Positions 42,197 to 50,989 of a stretch of 64,000 nt of DNA are shown here, piece after piece. This DNA is from an uncultured Gemmatimonadales bacterium (lineage in GTDB: Bacteria > Gemmatimonadota > Gemmatimonadetes > Gemmatimonadales > Gemmatimonadaceae): assembly GCA_963851265.1 (NCBI GenBank), contig CAWKNZ010000006.1, forward strand, positions 32,001-96,000, given 5' to 3'. The notes under the pieces are model-generated. The model made no database searches. It saw only the letters and a list, made by a program, of their open reading frames with translations, and had not been told where the DNA came from. The translations under genes and the position numbers were made by a program. Numbering within the stretch: position 1 is the stretch's first letter; each line of letters opens with the position of its first letter.

Positions 42197-43549
42197 GTGT
42201 CGCCTCGCCATCCGCTCCGCGCTCTCGCCCGACACACGTTCGCCGCCGCAGTCGTGCTCAGCGCCGGCACCGCGGTCCGGCTCACGGCCCAACCGCCGCG
42301 GGCGCCCGGGGCCCCCGACACGAGCACGACGCTGCTCGTCCCCGCGCGCGTGTTCGACGCCCCCGCCGGCGTGTCGCGCCCGGGGTGGGTCGTGCTCGTG
42401 CGGGGCGGGCTCATCAGCGCCGTGGGCCCGCGGGCGAGCGTCCCGGTCCCGCCGGGAACGCGCGAGATCGACCTGCCCGAGTCGACGCTGCTCCCGGGAC
42501 TCATCGAGGGGCACTCGCACCTGCTGTTGCATCCGTACGCCGAAACGCCGTGGAACGACCAGGTACTGCACGAGTCGCTCGCGCTGCGCGTGGCGCGCGC
42601 GACCGTCGCCGCGCGGCGCACGCTCGCCGCGGGGTTCACGACGGTGCGCGACCTCGGCACCGAGGGGGCGGGCGACGCGGACGTCGGGATCAAGCAGGCG
42701 ATCGCGCAGGGCATCATCCCCGGGCCGCGCGTGCTCACCGTCACGCGGGCCATCGTCGCCACGGGCAGCTACGGCCCGACCGGCTTCGACCCCCGTTGGG
42801 ACGTGCCGCAGGGCGCGCAGGAGGCCAGCGGGGTCGAGGGCGTCACGCTCGCCGTGCGCGAGCAGATCAAGCACGGCGCGGACTGGATCAAGGTTTACGC
42901 AGACTATCGGTGGGGTCCGCACGGCGAGGCCGCGCCCACGTTCACCGAAGAAGAGCTGCGCGCCGCGGTGGCCGCCGCGCGCTCGTCCGGGCGCGACGTG
43001 GCCGCGCACGCCGCGACCACCGAGGGCGTGCGACGCGCGGTGCTCGCGGGCGTGACGACCATCGAGCACGCCGACTCGGTGACGCCGGAGGTGTTCCGGC
43101 TCATGGCCGCGCGCGGCGTGGCGCTCTGCCCGACGCTCTCGGTGAGCGAGCTCGGGTACCTGACGCACGGGTGGCGGAAGGGGATCGATCCGATGCCCGC
43201 GTCGGTCGCGCTCAAGCACCGGACGTTCGCGGCCGCGCGCGCCGCCGGTGTCACGATCTGCAACGGGAGCGACGTCGGCCCGTACCCGCACGGCGACAAC
43301 GCGCGCGAGCTGGAGTTGCTCGTCGAATACGGCATGACGCCCGCGCAGGCGCTGCAGGCGGCGACGGTGGTCGACGCGCGCGTGCTGCACCTGCCCGACC
43401 GCGGGGTGATCGCGCCCGGGCTGCTGGCAGACCTCGTCGCGGTGGCCGGCGACCCGACGCGCGACATCCACGCGGTCCGGCAGGTGCGTCTGGTGATGAA
43501 GGGCGGCGTGGCGGTGCCGCCGGACGAGGGCGCGGACGGCGCGCGGTAG
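42197..43549 (+). CDS. Secreted metal-dependent amidohydrolase (Xaa-Pro dipeptidase-like)
   Basis: [49 protein letters not shown]. Confidence 0.9.
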   Translation: MSPRHPLRALARHTFAAAVVLSAGTAVRLTAQPPRAPGAPDTSTTLLVPARVFDAPAGVSRPGWVVLVRGGLISAVGPRASVPVPPGTREIDLPESTLLPGLIEGHSHLLLHPYAETPWNDQVLHESLALRVARATVAARRTLAAGFTTVRDLGTEGAGDADVGIKQAIAQGIIPGPRVLTVTRAIVATGSYGPTGFDPRWDVPQGAQEASGVEGVTLAVREQIKHGADWIKVYADYRWGPHGEAAPTFTEEELRAAVAAARSSGRDVAAHAATTEGVRRAVLAGVTTIEHADSVTPEVFRLMAARGVALCPTLSVSELGYLTHGWRKGIDPMPASVALKHRTFAAARAAGVTICNGSDVGPYPHGDNARELELLVEYGMTPAQALQAATVVDARVLHLPDRGVIAPGLLADLVAVAGDPTRDIHAVRQVRLVMKGGVAVPPDEGADGAR

Positions 43550-43580
43550 GCGGCCCGCGTTAGGCGGCTCTCGTTAGGCC
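43544..43580 (+). repeat. 14-bp-period degenerate triple repeat carrying CGTTAGGC
   Basis: cggtaggc (43544, includes the stop codon), cgttaggc (43558), cgttaggc (43572). Confidence 0.75.
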
Positions 43581-43659
43581 GCGCGCGTCAGGCAGTCCTC
43601 GACCGCCGCCTTCCGTCCCCGATCGGCCGCGGGACGGTCACCCCATCACCCGCCTGATC

Positions 43660-46161
43660 ATGCGCCTCACGCCCCGCCGCCCGGCAGCCGCGCGCCTCTC
43701 GCGCGCCCTCGCCCTGGGCGCCGCGGCCGTCACGCTCGCCGTCGCGCCCGGCGCGCGCGCGCAGGCGCCGCGCGGGTTCGGGGGCGCGCCGCGCGCGCGC
43801 TGGATCGCCCCCCCGGGCGTGCCGCCGGACAGCTTCGTCGTCTTCCACGCCCGGCGCACGCTCGACCTGCCGGAGCGGCCGGCGCACTTCGTCGTCCACG
43901 TGTCGGCCGACAACCGCTACCGCCTGTACGTCAACGGCGTGGACGTGGCCACGGGGCCGCAGCGGTCCGACGTGGCACACTGGCGCTACGAGACGGTGGA
44001 CCTCGCGCCGCGCCTGCGTGCCGGCCGAAACGTGATCGCCGCCGTGGTGTGGAGCCTCGGATACGCCCGCCCCGTGGCCCAGTTCAGCCACCGCGCCGGC
44101 TTCGTGCTGCAGGGGGACGGTCCCATCGAGGCCGCGCTGGTGAACACCGGACCCGGGTGGCGCCTGCTGCGCGACTCGGCGTACGCGCCGCTCGTGGTCA
44201 CGAGTGCGATGCTCCGCGGGTACTACGCGGCCGTGCCGGGCGAGGCCGTGGACGGCGCTCGCTACCCGTGGGGGTGGGAGTCGCCCGGCTACGACGACGC
44301 CCGATGGGCGGTCGTCGGCCCCGCGTCGGCGCCGGCCGGCGGCATCGCGGCGCCGCTCGCCGCGTTCGACGTCCCGCCGGGCAGCGCCGTGGTGGGCACC
44401 CTCGCCCTGCGCGGCGACGCGGGCGCCGGCGGCGAGGTGATCGGCTGGCAGCTCGCCCCGCGCGAGCTGCCGCCGATGGACGAGGTGCCGGAGCGCTTCG
44501 CGGCCGTTAGGCGCACCACCGGGCTGCCGCCTGAAGCGCGCGCCGACGCGCCGCTCCGCGGCGCGGGCGACCTCGTCATCCCGCCGCGCGCGCGGGTCAC
44601 GGTGCTCCTCGACGAGGGCCGCACCACGAACGCCTACCCCGTCGTGACGGTGAGCGGCGGGGCCGGGAGCGTGATGGGGCTGACGTACGCCGAGGCGCTT
44701 GTGGACGCGCGCGGACAGAAGGGACACCGCGACAGCGTGTCCGGGCGCGCCGTACGCGGCGTGCGCGACGAGTTCCGCCCCGACGGCGGCGCGCGCCGCA
44801 CCTTCCGTCCCCTGTGGTGGCGCTCGTACCGCTACGCGGAGCTCGAGGTGCGCACGGGCGACGCCGCGCTCGTCGTGCACGACGTACACGGCGTGTTCAC
44901 GGGCTACCCGCTGCGCGAGCGCGCTCGCTTCGCCGGCGACCTGCCGTGGCTGGCCGACGTCTGGCGCATGAACTGGAACGGCGTGCGGCTCGGGGCCTTC
45001 GAGACGTACATGGACACCCCCTACTGGGAGCAGCTGCAGTACGTGGGCGACACGCGGGTCCAGGCGCTCCTCTCGCTCTACCTGAGCGGCGACGACCGAC
45101 TCGTGCGGCAGGCGGTCGAGGCGTTCGATGCATCGCGTGCGCCCGACGGGCTGACCACCAGCCGGTACCCGTCGGTCATCCCGCAGCGGATCCCGCCGTT
45201 CTCGCTGATCTACGTGCTGATGGTGGACGACTACCTCCGGCACCGCGACGACCCGGCGTTCGTGCGCGCGCGCCTGGCCGGCGTGCGCGGGGTGCTCGAC
45301 TGGTACGCCGACCGCGTCGACACCACCGGGCTGCTCGGCCCGACGCCGCACTGGAACTACCTCGACTGGGCACGTGGATGGAACGCCGGCGTGCCGCCCG
45401 GCGCGGAAGACGGGCACTCCGTCCCGCTCACCCTGCTCTACGCCCACGCGCTGCGGCGCGCCGCGGCTGTGGAGGACGACGTCGGCATCCCGGGTGTGGC
45501 GGTGGCCTACCGCGCGCGCGCCGACGCGCTCGCGGCCGCGGCCCGCCGCCGCGCGTGGAACCCGGCGCGTGGGCTCTTCCGCGACGTGCCGGGCGGCGAG
45601 CGCGGGGACACGTCGTACAGCCAGCACGCCAACGCGCTCGCCGTGCTCGCCGGCGCGGTACCGGCGGCGGAGCGGCGGGCCGTGATGGGGCGCGTGCTCG
45701 ACGACACGACGCTCGTTCAGGCCACGTACTACTTCGGCTTCTACGTGTTCGAGGCGATGCGTGAGGCGGGGCTCGGCGACCGCTACGTCGAGCGCCTCGG
45801 GCCCTGGCGCGCGATGTTGGCGCGAGGCCTGACGTCCACCCCGGAGACCCCCGATCCGACGCGCTCCGATACGCACGCCTGGGCGGCGCACCCCAACTAC
45901 GGCCTGCTCGCCACGGTGCTGGGCGTTCGGCCGGCGAGTGCCGGATTCCGCACCGTCCGCATCGCGCCCGCGCTCGGCCCGCTGCGTCATGCCGAGGGTG
46001 TCGTGCCGCACCCACGCGGCGAGATCGTGGCGCGGCTGGACCGCGCGGGCGCGCGCGGACTGCACGCCGAGGTCACGCTTCCGCCCGGGGTCGCGGGAAC
46101 ACTAGAGTGGGACGGCCGACGCGTCCCCCTGCGCGCGGGTCGTCAGGTGGTCACGATGTGA
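43660..46161 (+). CDS. GH78 alpha-L-rhamnosidase family glycoside hydrolase
   Basis: HVSADNRYRLYVNG, ETYMDTPYWEQLQYVGDTR, YLDW, RSDTHAW, plus a signal peptide. Confidence 0.88.
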   Translation: MRLTPRRPAAARLSRALALGAAAVTLAVAPGARAQAPRGFGGAPRARWIAPPGVPPDSFVVFHARRTLDLPERPAHFVVHVSADNRYRLYVNGVDVATGPQRSDVAHWRYETVDLAPRLRAGRNVIAAVVWSLGYARPVAQFSHRAGFVLQGDGPIEAALVNTGPGWRLLRDSAYAPLVVTSAMLRGYYAAVPGEAVDGARYPWGWESPGYDDARWAVVGPASAPAGGIAAPLAAFDVPPGSAVVGTLALRGDAGAGGEVIGWQLAPRELPPMDEVPERFAAVRRTTGLPPEARADAPLRGAGDLVIPPRARVTVLLDEGRTTNAYPVVTVSGGAGSVMGLTYAEALVDARGQKGHRDSVSGRAVRGVRDEFRPDGGARRTFRPLWWRSYRYAELEVRTGDAALVVHDVHGVFTGYPLRERARFAGDLPWLADVWRMNWNGVRLGAFETYMDTPYWEQLQYVGDTRVQALLSLYLSGDDRLVRQAVEAFDASRAPDGLTTSRYPSVIPQRIPPFSLIYVLMVDDYLRHRDDPAFVRARLAGVRGVLDWYADRVDTTGLLGPTPHWNYLDWARGWNAGVPPGAEDGHSVPLTLLYAHALRRAAAVEDDVGIPGVAVAYRARADALAAAARRRAWNPARGLFRDVPGGERGDTSYSQHANALAVLAGAVPAAERRAVMGRVLDDTTLVQATYYFGFYVFEAMREAGLGDRYVERLGPWRAMLARGLTSTPETPDPTRSDTHAWAAHPNYGLLATVLGVRPASAGFRTVRIAPALGPLRHAEGVVPHPRGEIVARLDRAGARGLHAEVTLPPGVAGTLEWDGRRVPLRAGRQVVTM

Positions 46162-46272
46162 CGTGTGGCAGCGTGAGGGCGCCGTCGTCATTCCTCCCCA
46201 CCGTCGCCCCGGTTCTTCGCCGCGCTTCGCCGCAATCCAGCCCGTGCCGCGGGCCCGTACGGCGGGCTCGCG

Positions 46273-47232
46273 TCAGAATCCGGAGCGCATCGTGAAGACG
46301 AACGGCTGTCGCACCGTGACGCCGACGGGATGTTCGGCGAGCTGCGCGGGGACGAAGTGGAGCCGCGGCAACACCGTTCGCACCGCGTCGGTGAAGAGCG
46401 TGTTCGTGCTCTCGACCACCTGAAGTGTGGCGAGGTCGACGACCCCCGTGCTGTCGATGCGGAATTCCACGATGACGCGCCCGCCGACGTGCGCGTGCGC
46501 GAGCGCCGTCGGGTAGCGCGGCGGCGGGTTGCCGACGATCGGGATCGGCAGGTCGTGCAGGTGCACGTCGGAACTGACGAGCGTCAGCGAACCGCCCGTG
46601 CGCGCGAGCACGTCGGACATCAGCCCCGACGTCGGCATCGGCACGAAGTCCTCCGGGCGCGTGACGCGCCGCGCGAGGTCGGGTGCGGCCGACACGACGC
46701 CGGCCACGAGCAGCGTCGCCGCCGGATCGGGCAGCAGCAGCTCGCGCAGTGCCGCCGTGCGCAGGTGCAGCGACGTCGCCGTCCGACGCACGCCCGCCTG
46801 GCGCAGCGCGCGGGAGGGCAGCGGGTCGGCCGTCTCGTCGATGGCCTTGGCGACGTCGCGCAGCCCGTTCGCCCCACTTCCCCGCGCGCGCGGCCCGATG
46901 GCGGCGCGCCCAGCGGGCCCGCGCTCCACGACCGGCAACCCTGTCGCGGGCGCGTCGGCGCGCCCGGGGACCACGTAGGCGAGCGGCGGGGGCGCACTCG
47001 GCCGGCGCGCGGATCGTACCACCCCCGTGCCCGAGCGGACGCCCACCCAGTGCAGGCGTTCGGTGCTCCCTGCCCCGAGTCCCCCAGCAGCCCGCCCGGG
47101 CATGTTGGTCCGCTCGGACCCACCACTGCCCACGGCGACGGCGAACAGGGCGGCGTGCGCCGTCAGACTGAGGCACGTGCCGGCGAAGGGCACGGGCTGC
47201 GGGCGCTGTGGCGCCAGAACGCGCATGATCAT
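46273..47232 (-). CDS. TonB family energy-transducer protein
   Basis: TM segment SLTAHAALF and TonB-C domain PRYPTALA...GRVIVEFRIDSTGVV...FVPAQ..PVGVTVRQPFVF. Confidence 0.82.
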   Translation of the reverse strand: MIMRVLAPQRPQPVPFAGTCLSLTAHAALFAVAVGSGGSERTNMPGRAAGGLGAGSTERLHWVGVRSGTGVVRSARRPSAPPPLAYVVPGRADAPATGLPVVERGPAGRAAIGPRARGSGANGLRDVAKAIDETADPLPSRALRQAGVRRTATSLHLRTAALRELLLPDPAATLLVAGVVSAAPDLARRVTRPEDFVPMPTSGLMSDVLARTGGSLTLVSSDVHLHDLPIPIVGNPPPRYPTALAHAHVGGRVIVEFRIDSTGVVDLATLQVVESTNTLFTDAVRTVLPRLHFVPAQLAEHPVGVTVRQPFVFTMRSGF

Positions 47233-47655
47233 TGAGACTTCGCTCCAAAGCCGTTCCGAATTCCACGGAAGACACCTGACATATGACATGCGACGCGCGA
47301 CCGCGCCAGCCCTGCCCCGTCGCCCGCGCCAACAACGCGACCAACGCGTGACGCCCGCTGCACGCTCGATGGGGGCCTGAGGCGGCGGCATCGTACGCCG
47401 CGCGCCCAACGTCCTCGCGGCTTCCTCGCGCGGCCACCGTTTCTACATTCCCCCCACCTCGTGGGCCCCACTCCCTCTCCTGTCCGAGCCAGCCATGTTC
47501 GCGATTTCGTGGCGCGTGGCCGTGTGCGCAGCCATGCCCGTGCTCCAAGCTCCTCATCCCGCTCGGGAGGGCCGACGAGTGGCAGCCCGACTCGCGGATG
47601 GCGCGCTCGGTCCGGACGCGCGAGGGCGTCGAACCGGCGTGGCATCGAGGCGCCC

Positions 47656-48591
47656 GTGACTCAGCGTCGGCCGACGCGCGCCGGCGCGCGGACGGCACCT
47701 GCGGCGGACGAGACGGCTGGTGCGGCTCCGGCCGGACCGCGTCTCGACGGCCGGCGCGCGCACGTGCTCGACCGCGCGGCGGAGTACGTGCGGCTCTCCG
47801 ACCAGGGTCTGACCGCGGCACAGATCGCACGGCGGCGGCGCAAGTCGCCCGCGCACGTCTCGATCCTGCTGCGCCTCGGACGCGCCCTCGTCGCGGTGCC
47901 CGAGGCGGAACGCGAGGCGCTCCGGTCGCCGCGCGTGACGTGGCGGTTGGTGCAACGCCTCGTCCGCATCGACGTCGACTCGGCGAGTCTGCGCAAGCAG
48001 TTGCGCGACGCGGTCGGCGGATTCAGCACGCACAACGTCGACGGTCGCCGCCGCCGGGCGCGGCGGACCGCGGGCGACGCGCCGCCCGCCACCACCGCTC
48101 CCGGCGTGGCCTGGGGATGGGACGCGACGTGGTTCGCCAACGACCCGACCGGCTACGCGGCGGCGCACCTGGCGCACCTGGCGCACGTGCACGCGGTGGT
48201 GGCCGGTCGCGCCGCCGACGCCGTGCGCCTGGCCGGCGGGACCGCCGCCGCGATCGACGCGGGCCAGAGCCTCCGCGGCCTGCAGCGGCGTCTGCGCCAG
48301 GCGACCGGACCGTCGGCGGGCGCGCCGAGCGCGGCCGAGCGGCAGGCGCTCGCGACGTTCGCGATCCTCGGACGCGCGCTGCGCGACGCCGAGTCGGCCG
48401 TCGCGGCGCTCGCTCCGACGGACGCCGTCCCGGCGGCGGGGGAGCCGGCGATTTCGCCCCCCGGCGACCCGAGCAACCCGTCCGCGGGCGACGCGTCGGG
48501 AGCCGAGCTGGCCCGCGCCGAGCTGGCCCGAGCCGAGCTGGCCCGAGCCGAGCTGGCGGCGGACCTCGCCGCCGATCTGGACGAGTCGTGA
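47656..48591 (+). CDS. ParB/KorB-like HTH protein lacking the N-terminal ParB CTPase domain
   Basis: AAEYVRLSDQGLTAAQIARRRRKSPAHVSILLRL matches the ParB-type HTH pattern. GAGG precedes the GTG start. Converges on parB. Confidence 0.65.
   Translation: MTQRRPTRAGARTAPAADETAGAAPAGPRLDGRRAHVLDRAAEYVRLSDQGLTAAQIARRRRKSPAHVSILLRLGRALVAVPEAEREALRSPRVTWRLVQRLVRIDVDSASLRKQLRDAVGGFSTHNVDGRRRRARRTAGDAPPATTAPGVAWGWDATWFANDPTGYAAAHLAHLAHVHAVVAGRAADAVRLAGGTAAAIDAGQSLRGLQRRLRQATGPSAGAPSAAERQALATFAILGRALRDAESAVAALAPTDAVPAAGEPAISPPGDPSNPSAGDASGAELARAELARAELARAELAADLAADLDES
48502..48557 (+). repeat. 15-bp coding tandem repeat (AELAR x3, then AELA)
   Basis: gccgagctggcccg(c/a) units at 48502, 48517, 48532 and a partial unit at 48547. 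Confidence 0.9.
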
Positions 48592-48666
48592 CCCTAGCGG
48601 GCGCGCCGTCGCCGGTCCGGCGCCCGCCCGCATGCGCAGACGGCCCCTGCCCCGCCCCGCGCGCGA

Positions 48667-49863
48667 TCAGCGTCGCGCGGTCCGCTCGAGGGCGCGGCGT
48701 GCGCGCGTGACCGCGTCGCGCTCGGCGCCTGTCCGTCCGTCCGTTTCGAGCCGGCGGAGCGCCTCGACCAGCCGCTCACGCTCGTGCTGGATGGCGCGCA
48801 CGAACCCGTCGACCACCGCGGCCGGGTCGGCACGCAGGTCCTGTTCGACCCAGCGCATGCGGAACGTGCGCCCGTTGCGGATCGCGCGTCCGTAGAACGG
48901 GGCCTGTTCGTCGGCGCGCGTGCGCGGGACCGGGGCGCGCGCCGGGCCGGCGCCGGTCCCGGACTCGTCGCGCGCACCGTTCACTGAGGCGTCGGCGTGC
49001 ACCGGGGCACGGGCCGCGCCGTCCGTCTCGCGCGTTTCAGCGCCCACCCCACTCGCGGCGGTGGCGAGCGCCTCTCGCAGGGCGGCCGTGCGCGCGGGCA
49101 CGTCGGGGAGCGCGCCTATGGTCTGGCACTGGCGCACCTGGAGTGCGCCGCGCCGCGCGAGGCGCGCCTGCTCGTCGGGGGCGAGGGCGTCGAACGCCTC
49201 GCCGACCTTCACCATGTAGCTGACATAGCCCTTGTCGCGGTGCAGCCGGCGTCCGATCTCGGAGATCGAGTCGCCGAACCCGTGCATGCGCCAGAGCGCG
49301 TGCGCGGTTTCGGCCGGGGTCATGTCCTCGCGGTTGAGGTTCTCCTCCACCTGGCGGGCGACGGCCTGTCGGTCGTCGAGGTCGCCGAGGTCGCGCACCG
49401 GGACCGTGGGAAGCGCGGCGCGCAGTGCGGCGCGCAGCCGGCCCTTGCCCGCGACGAGCACGAACTCGCGCTGCCCCGTGGGCCCGTGGCTGCGCACCCA
49501 GATCGGCGTGTCGATCTCGCCGCGCGCGCGCACGGCGGCGACGAGGCGTTCGAACTCCTCGCCCTGCTCGTCCCACTCGCGGATGTACGGGCCGCGCTCG
49601 ACGACGCGCCGCGGGTCGAGGTCGAACACGTCGCGGCGCGTGCGGCGGTCGCCTCGCTCGGCGGTGGCCGGGTGCTGCGCGAGTTGGCCGCCCGGAACAC
49701 GTCCGCCCTCCCCGCTGCCCTGCCCAGCCGCGCGGTCGCGCGCGGCGGGCGTCTCCGACGGCTCGCCCGCACGGGCGCCCTCGGGCGGACCCGGGCGCCG
49801 GAAGATCAACGCGCCGACCTCGGCGATGTCGGCGCTCCGCTCGCGCCGTCCCGCCTTAGCCAC
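48667..49863 (-). CDS. parB: ParB/RepB/Spo0J family partition protein
   Basis: TPIWVR...LVAGKGRLRAA...VPV, EENLNREDMTPAETA, HTH ISEIGRRLHRDKGYVS. Overlaps the parA stop. Confidence 0.88.
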   Translation of the reverse strand: MAKAGRRERSADIAEVGALIFRRPGPPEGARAGEPSETPAARDRAAGQGSGEGGRVPGGQLAQHPATAERGDRRTRRDVFDLDPRRVVERGPYIREWDEQGEEFERLVAAVRARGEIDTPIWVRSHGPTGQREFVLVAGKGRLRAALRAALPTVPVRDLGDLDDRQAVARQVEENLNREDMTPAETAHALWRMHGFGDSISEIGRRLHRDKGYVSYMVKVGEAFDALAPDEQARLARRGALQVRQCQTIGALPDVPARTAALREALATAASGVGAETRETDGAARAPVHADASVNGARDESGTGAGPARAPVPRTRADEQAPFYGRAIRNGRTFRMRWVEQDLRADPAAVVDGFVRAIQHERERLVEALRRLETDGRTGAERDAVTRARRALERTARR

Positions 49864-50866
49864 GGCGCGTCACCCCGGCCGCGCGCTTCGGCGCCGGCGT
49901 GGATGGGGACTTCGAGGCCGGCGTTGCGGTCGGGGCCGGCGCGGGCGCCGGCGTCGGGGCCGCGTTGTGCGGCACAACGCGCGCGCCCGCTGATGACGCA
50001 TTCTGTGGTGCACCCGGCGGCGCGCTCGGTCGTGCGGCGGGGGAGCGGCCGGCGCTCGGGCGCGTGACGCTCGGCCGCGCGCGGCGGGGCACGCCGAGTT
50101 GGGCGAGCACGCGCGCGGCAATGTCGCGGTAGCTACGCCGGGCGTCGGGCGGTGCGCCGGCGAAGAACTCGATCGGCGTCGCGAGCCGCGCGGCCTCCTT
50201 GATCGCCGTGCGTTGCGGGATCACGGCGAGGATCTCGCCGCCGAACTGCTGCGTGTACATCGTGACGAACCCCTCGTCTTCGGCCGTCGGCCGCACGTTG
50301 TTGACGACCACGCCGAGCCGCCGCAGGTCCGGGTTGATGTGCTGGGCGACGCGGTCGGCGGTCTCGAGGAAGGCGCCCATCCCGCGCGCGGAGAGGATGC
50401 CCGGCTCGCCGAGCAGGACGTAGCCGTCGGCGGCGCTGAGCGCGCAGTGGAGCCAGAGACCGAGCGACGGCGGCGTGTCGATCACGACGAGGTCGATGTC
50501 CTTGGGCACGCCGCCGATGAGCGTGAGGCGGGCGTCCTGCGCGATCTCGTCCCACTGCGCGGGGCCGACGTGCTTCTCATCGTGCGCCAGCTCGCCCGAT
50601 CCGGGCACGACGAGCAGGTCGGGGTGGAACGGCGACGCGACCATGACCTCGGCGGCCGGCCGCGGCTCCCAGAGCACGTCGCGGATCGAGGCGCGTGGCT
50701 GTGCCGCGTGCCCGAGCAGCACCGCGGTCGCGTCGCACTGCGGGTCGAGGTCGAGCACGAGCGTGCGCAGCGCGTACTGGCCGGCCACGGCCGCGGCGAG
50801 GTTCGTGGCGGTCGTGGTCTTACCGACGCCGCCTTTCTGGGTGACGACGGCGAGGACGCGGGCCAT
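49856..50866 (-). CDS. parA: ParA/Soj family partition ATPase
   Basis: QKGGVGKTT, LDLDPQ, VIDTPPSLG, IP...IKEA. Confidence 0.95.
   Translation of the reverse strand: MARVLAVVTQKGGVGKTTTATNLAAAVAGQYALRTLVLDLDPQCDATAVLLGHAAQPRASIRDVLWEPRPAAEVMVASPFHPDLLVVPGSGELAHDEKHVGPAQWDEIAQDARLTLIGGVPKDIDLVVIDTPPSLGLWLHCALSAADGYVLLGEPGILSARGMGAFLETADRVAQHINPDLRRLGVVVNNVRPTAEDEGFVTMYTQQFGGEILAVIPQRTAIKEAARLATPIEFFAGAPPDARRSYRDIAARVLAQLGVPRRARPSVTRPSAGRSPAARPSAPPGAPQNASSAGARVVPHNAAPTPAPAPAPTATPASKSPSTPAPKRAAGVTRRG
49961..49981. promoter_or_regulatory. Candidate parS palindrome (copy 1, inside the parA 3' tail)
   Basis: cgcgttgtgc-g-gcacaacgcg. The 17-bp core is identical to that at 50903-50919. Confidence 0.7.
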
Positions 50867-50898
50867 CAGCGCGGGGGAGGGGCGAGAGGGGAACGGCC

Positions 50899-50923
50899 GG
50901 GCCGTTGTGCGGCACAACGGCCC
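50899..50923. promoter_or_regulatory. Candidate parS palindrome (copy 2, just upstream of parA)
   Basis: gggccgttgtgc-g-gcacaacggccc, with perfect 12-bp arms. Confidence 0.7.
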
Positions 50924-50989
50924 CGCGCACGGCGGGTCGGCGGGAATCGCGCGGCGGCGCGGGTCGCGGGAACCGCGGGGATCGGGACG

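Noticed and set aside
48020..48037. Third parS copy (gcacaacg half-site)
   Set aside because: Only one arm matches and the sequence is not palindromic.
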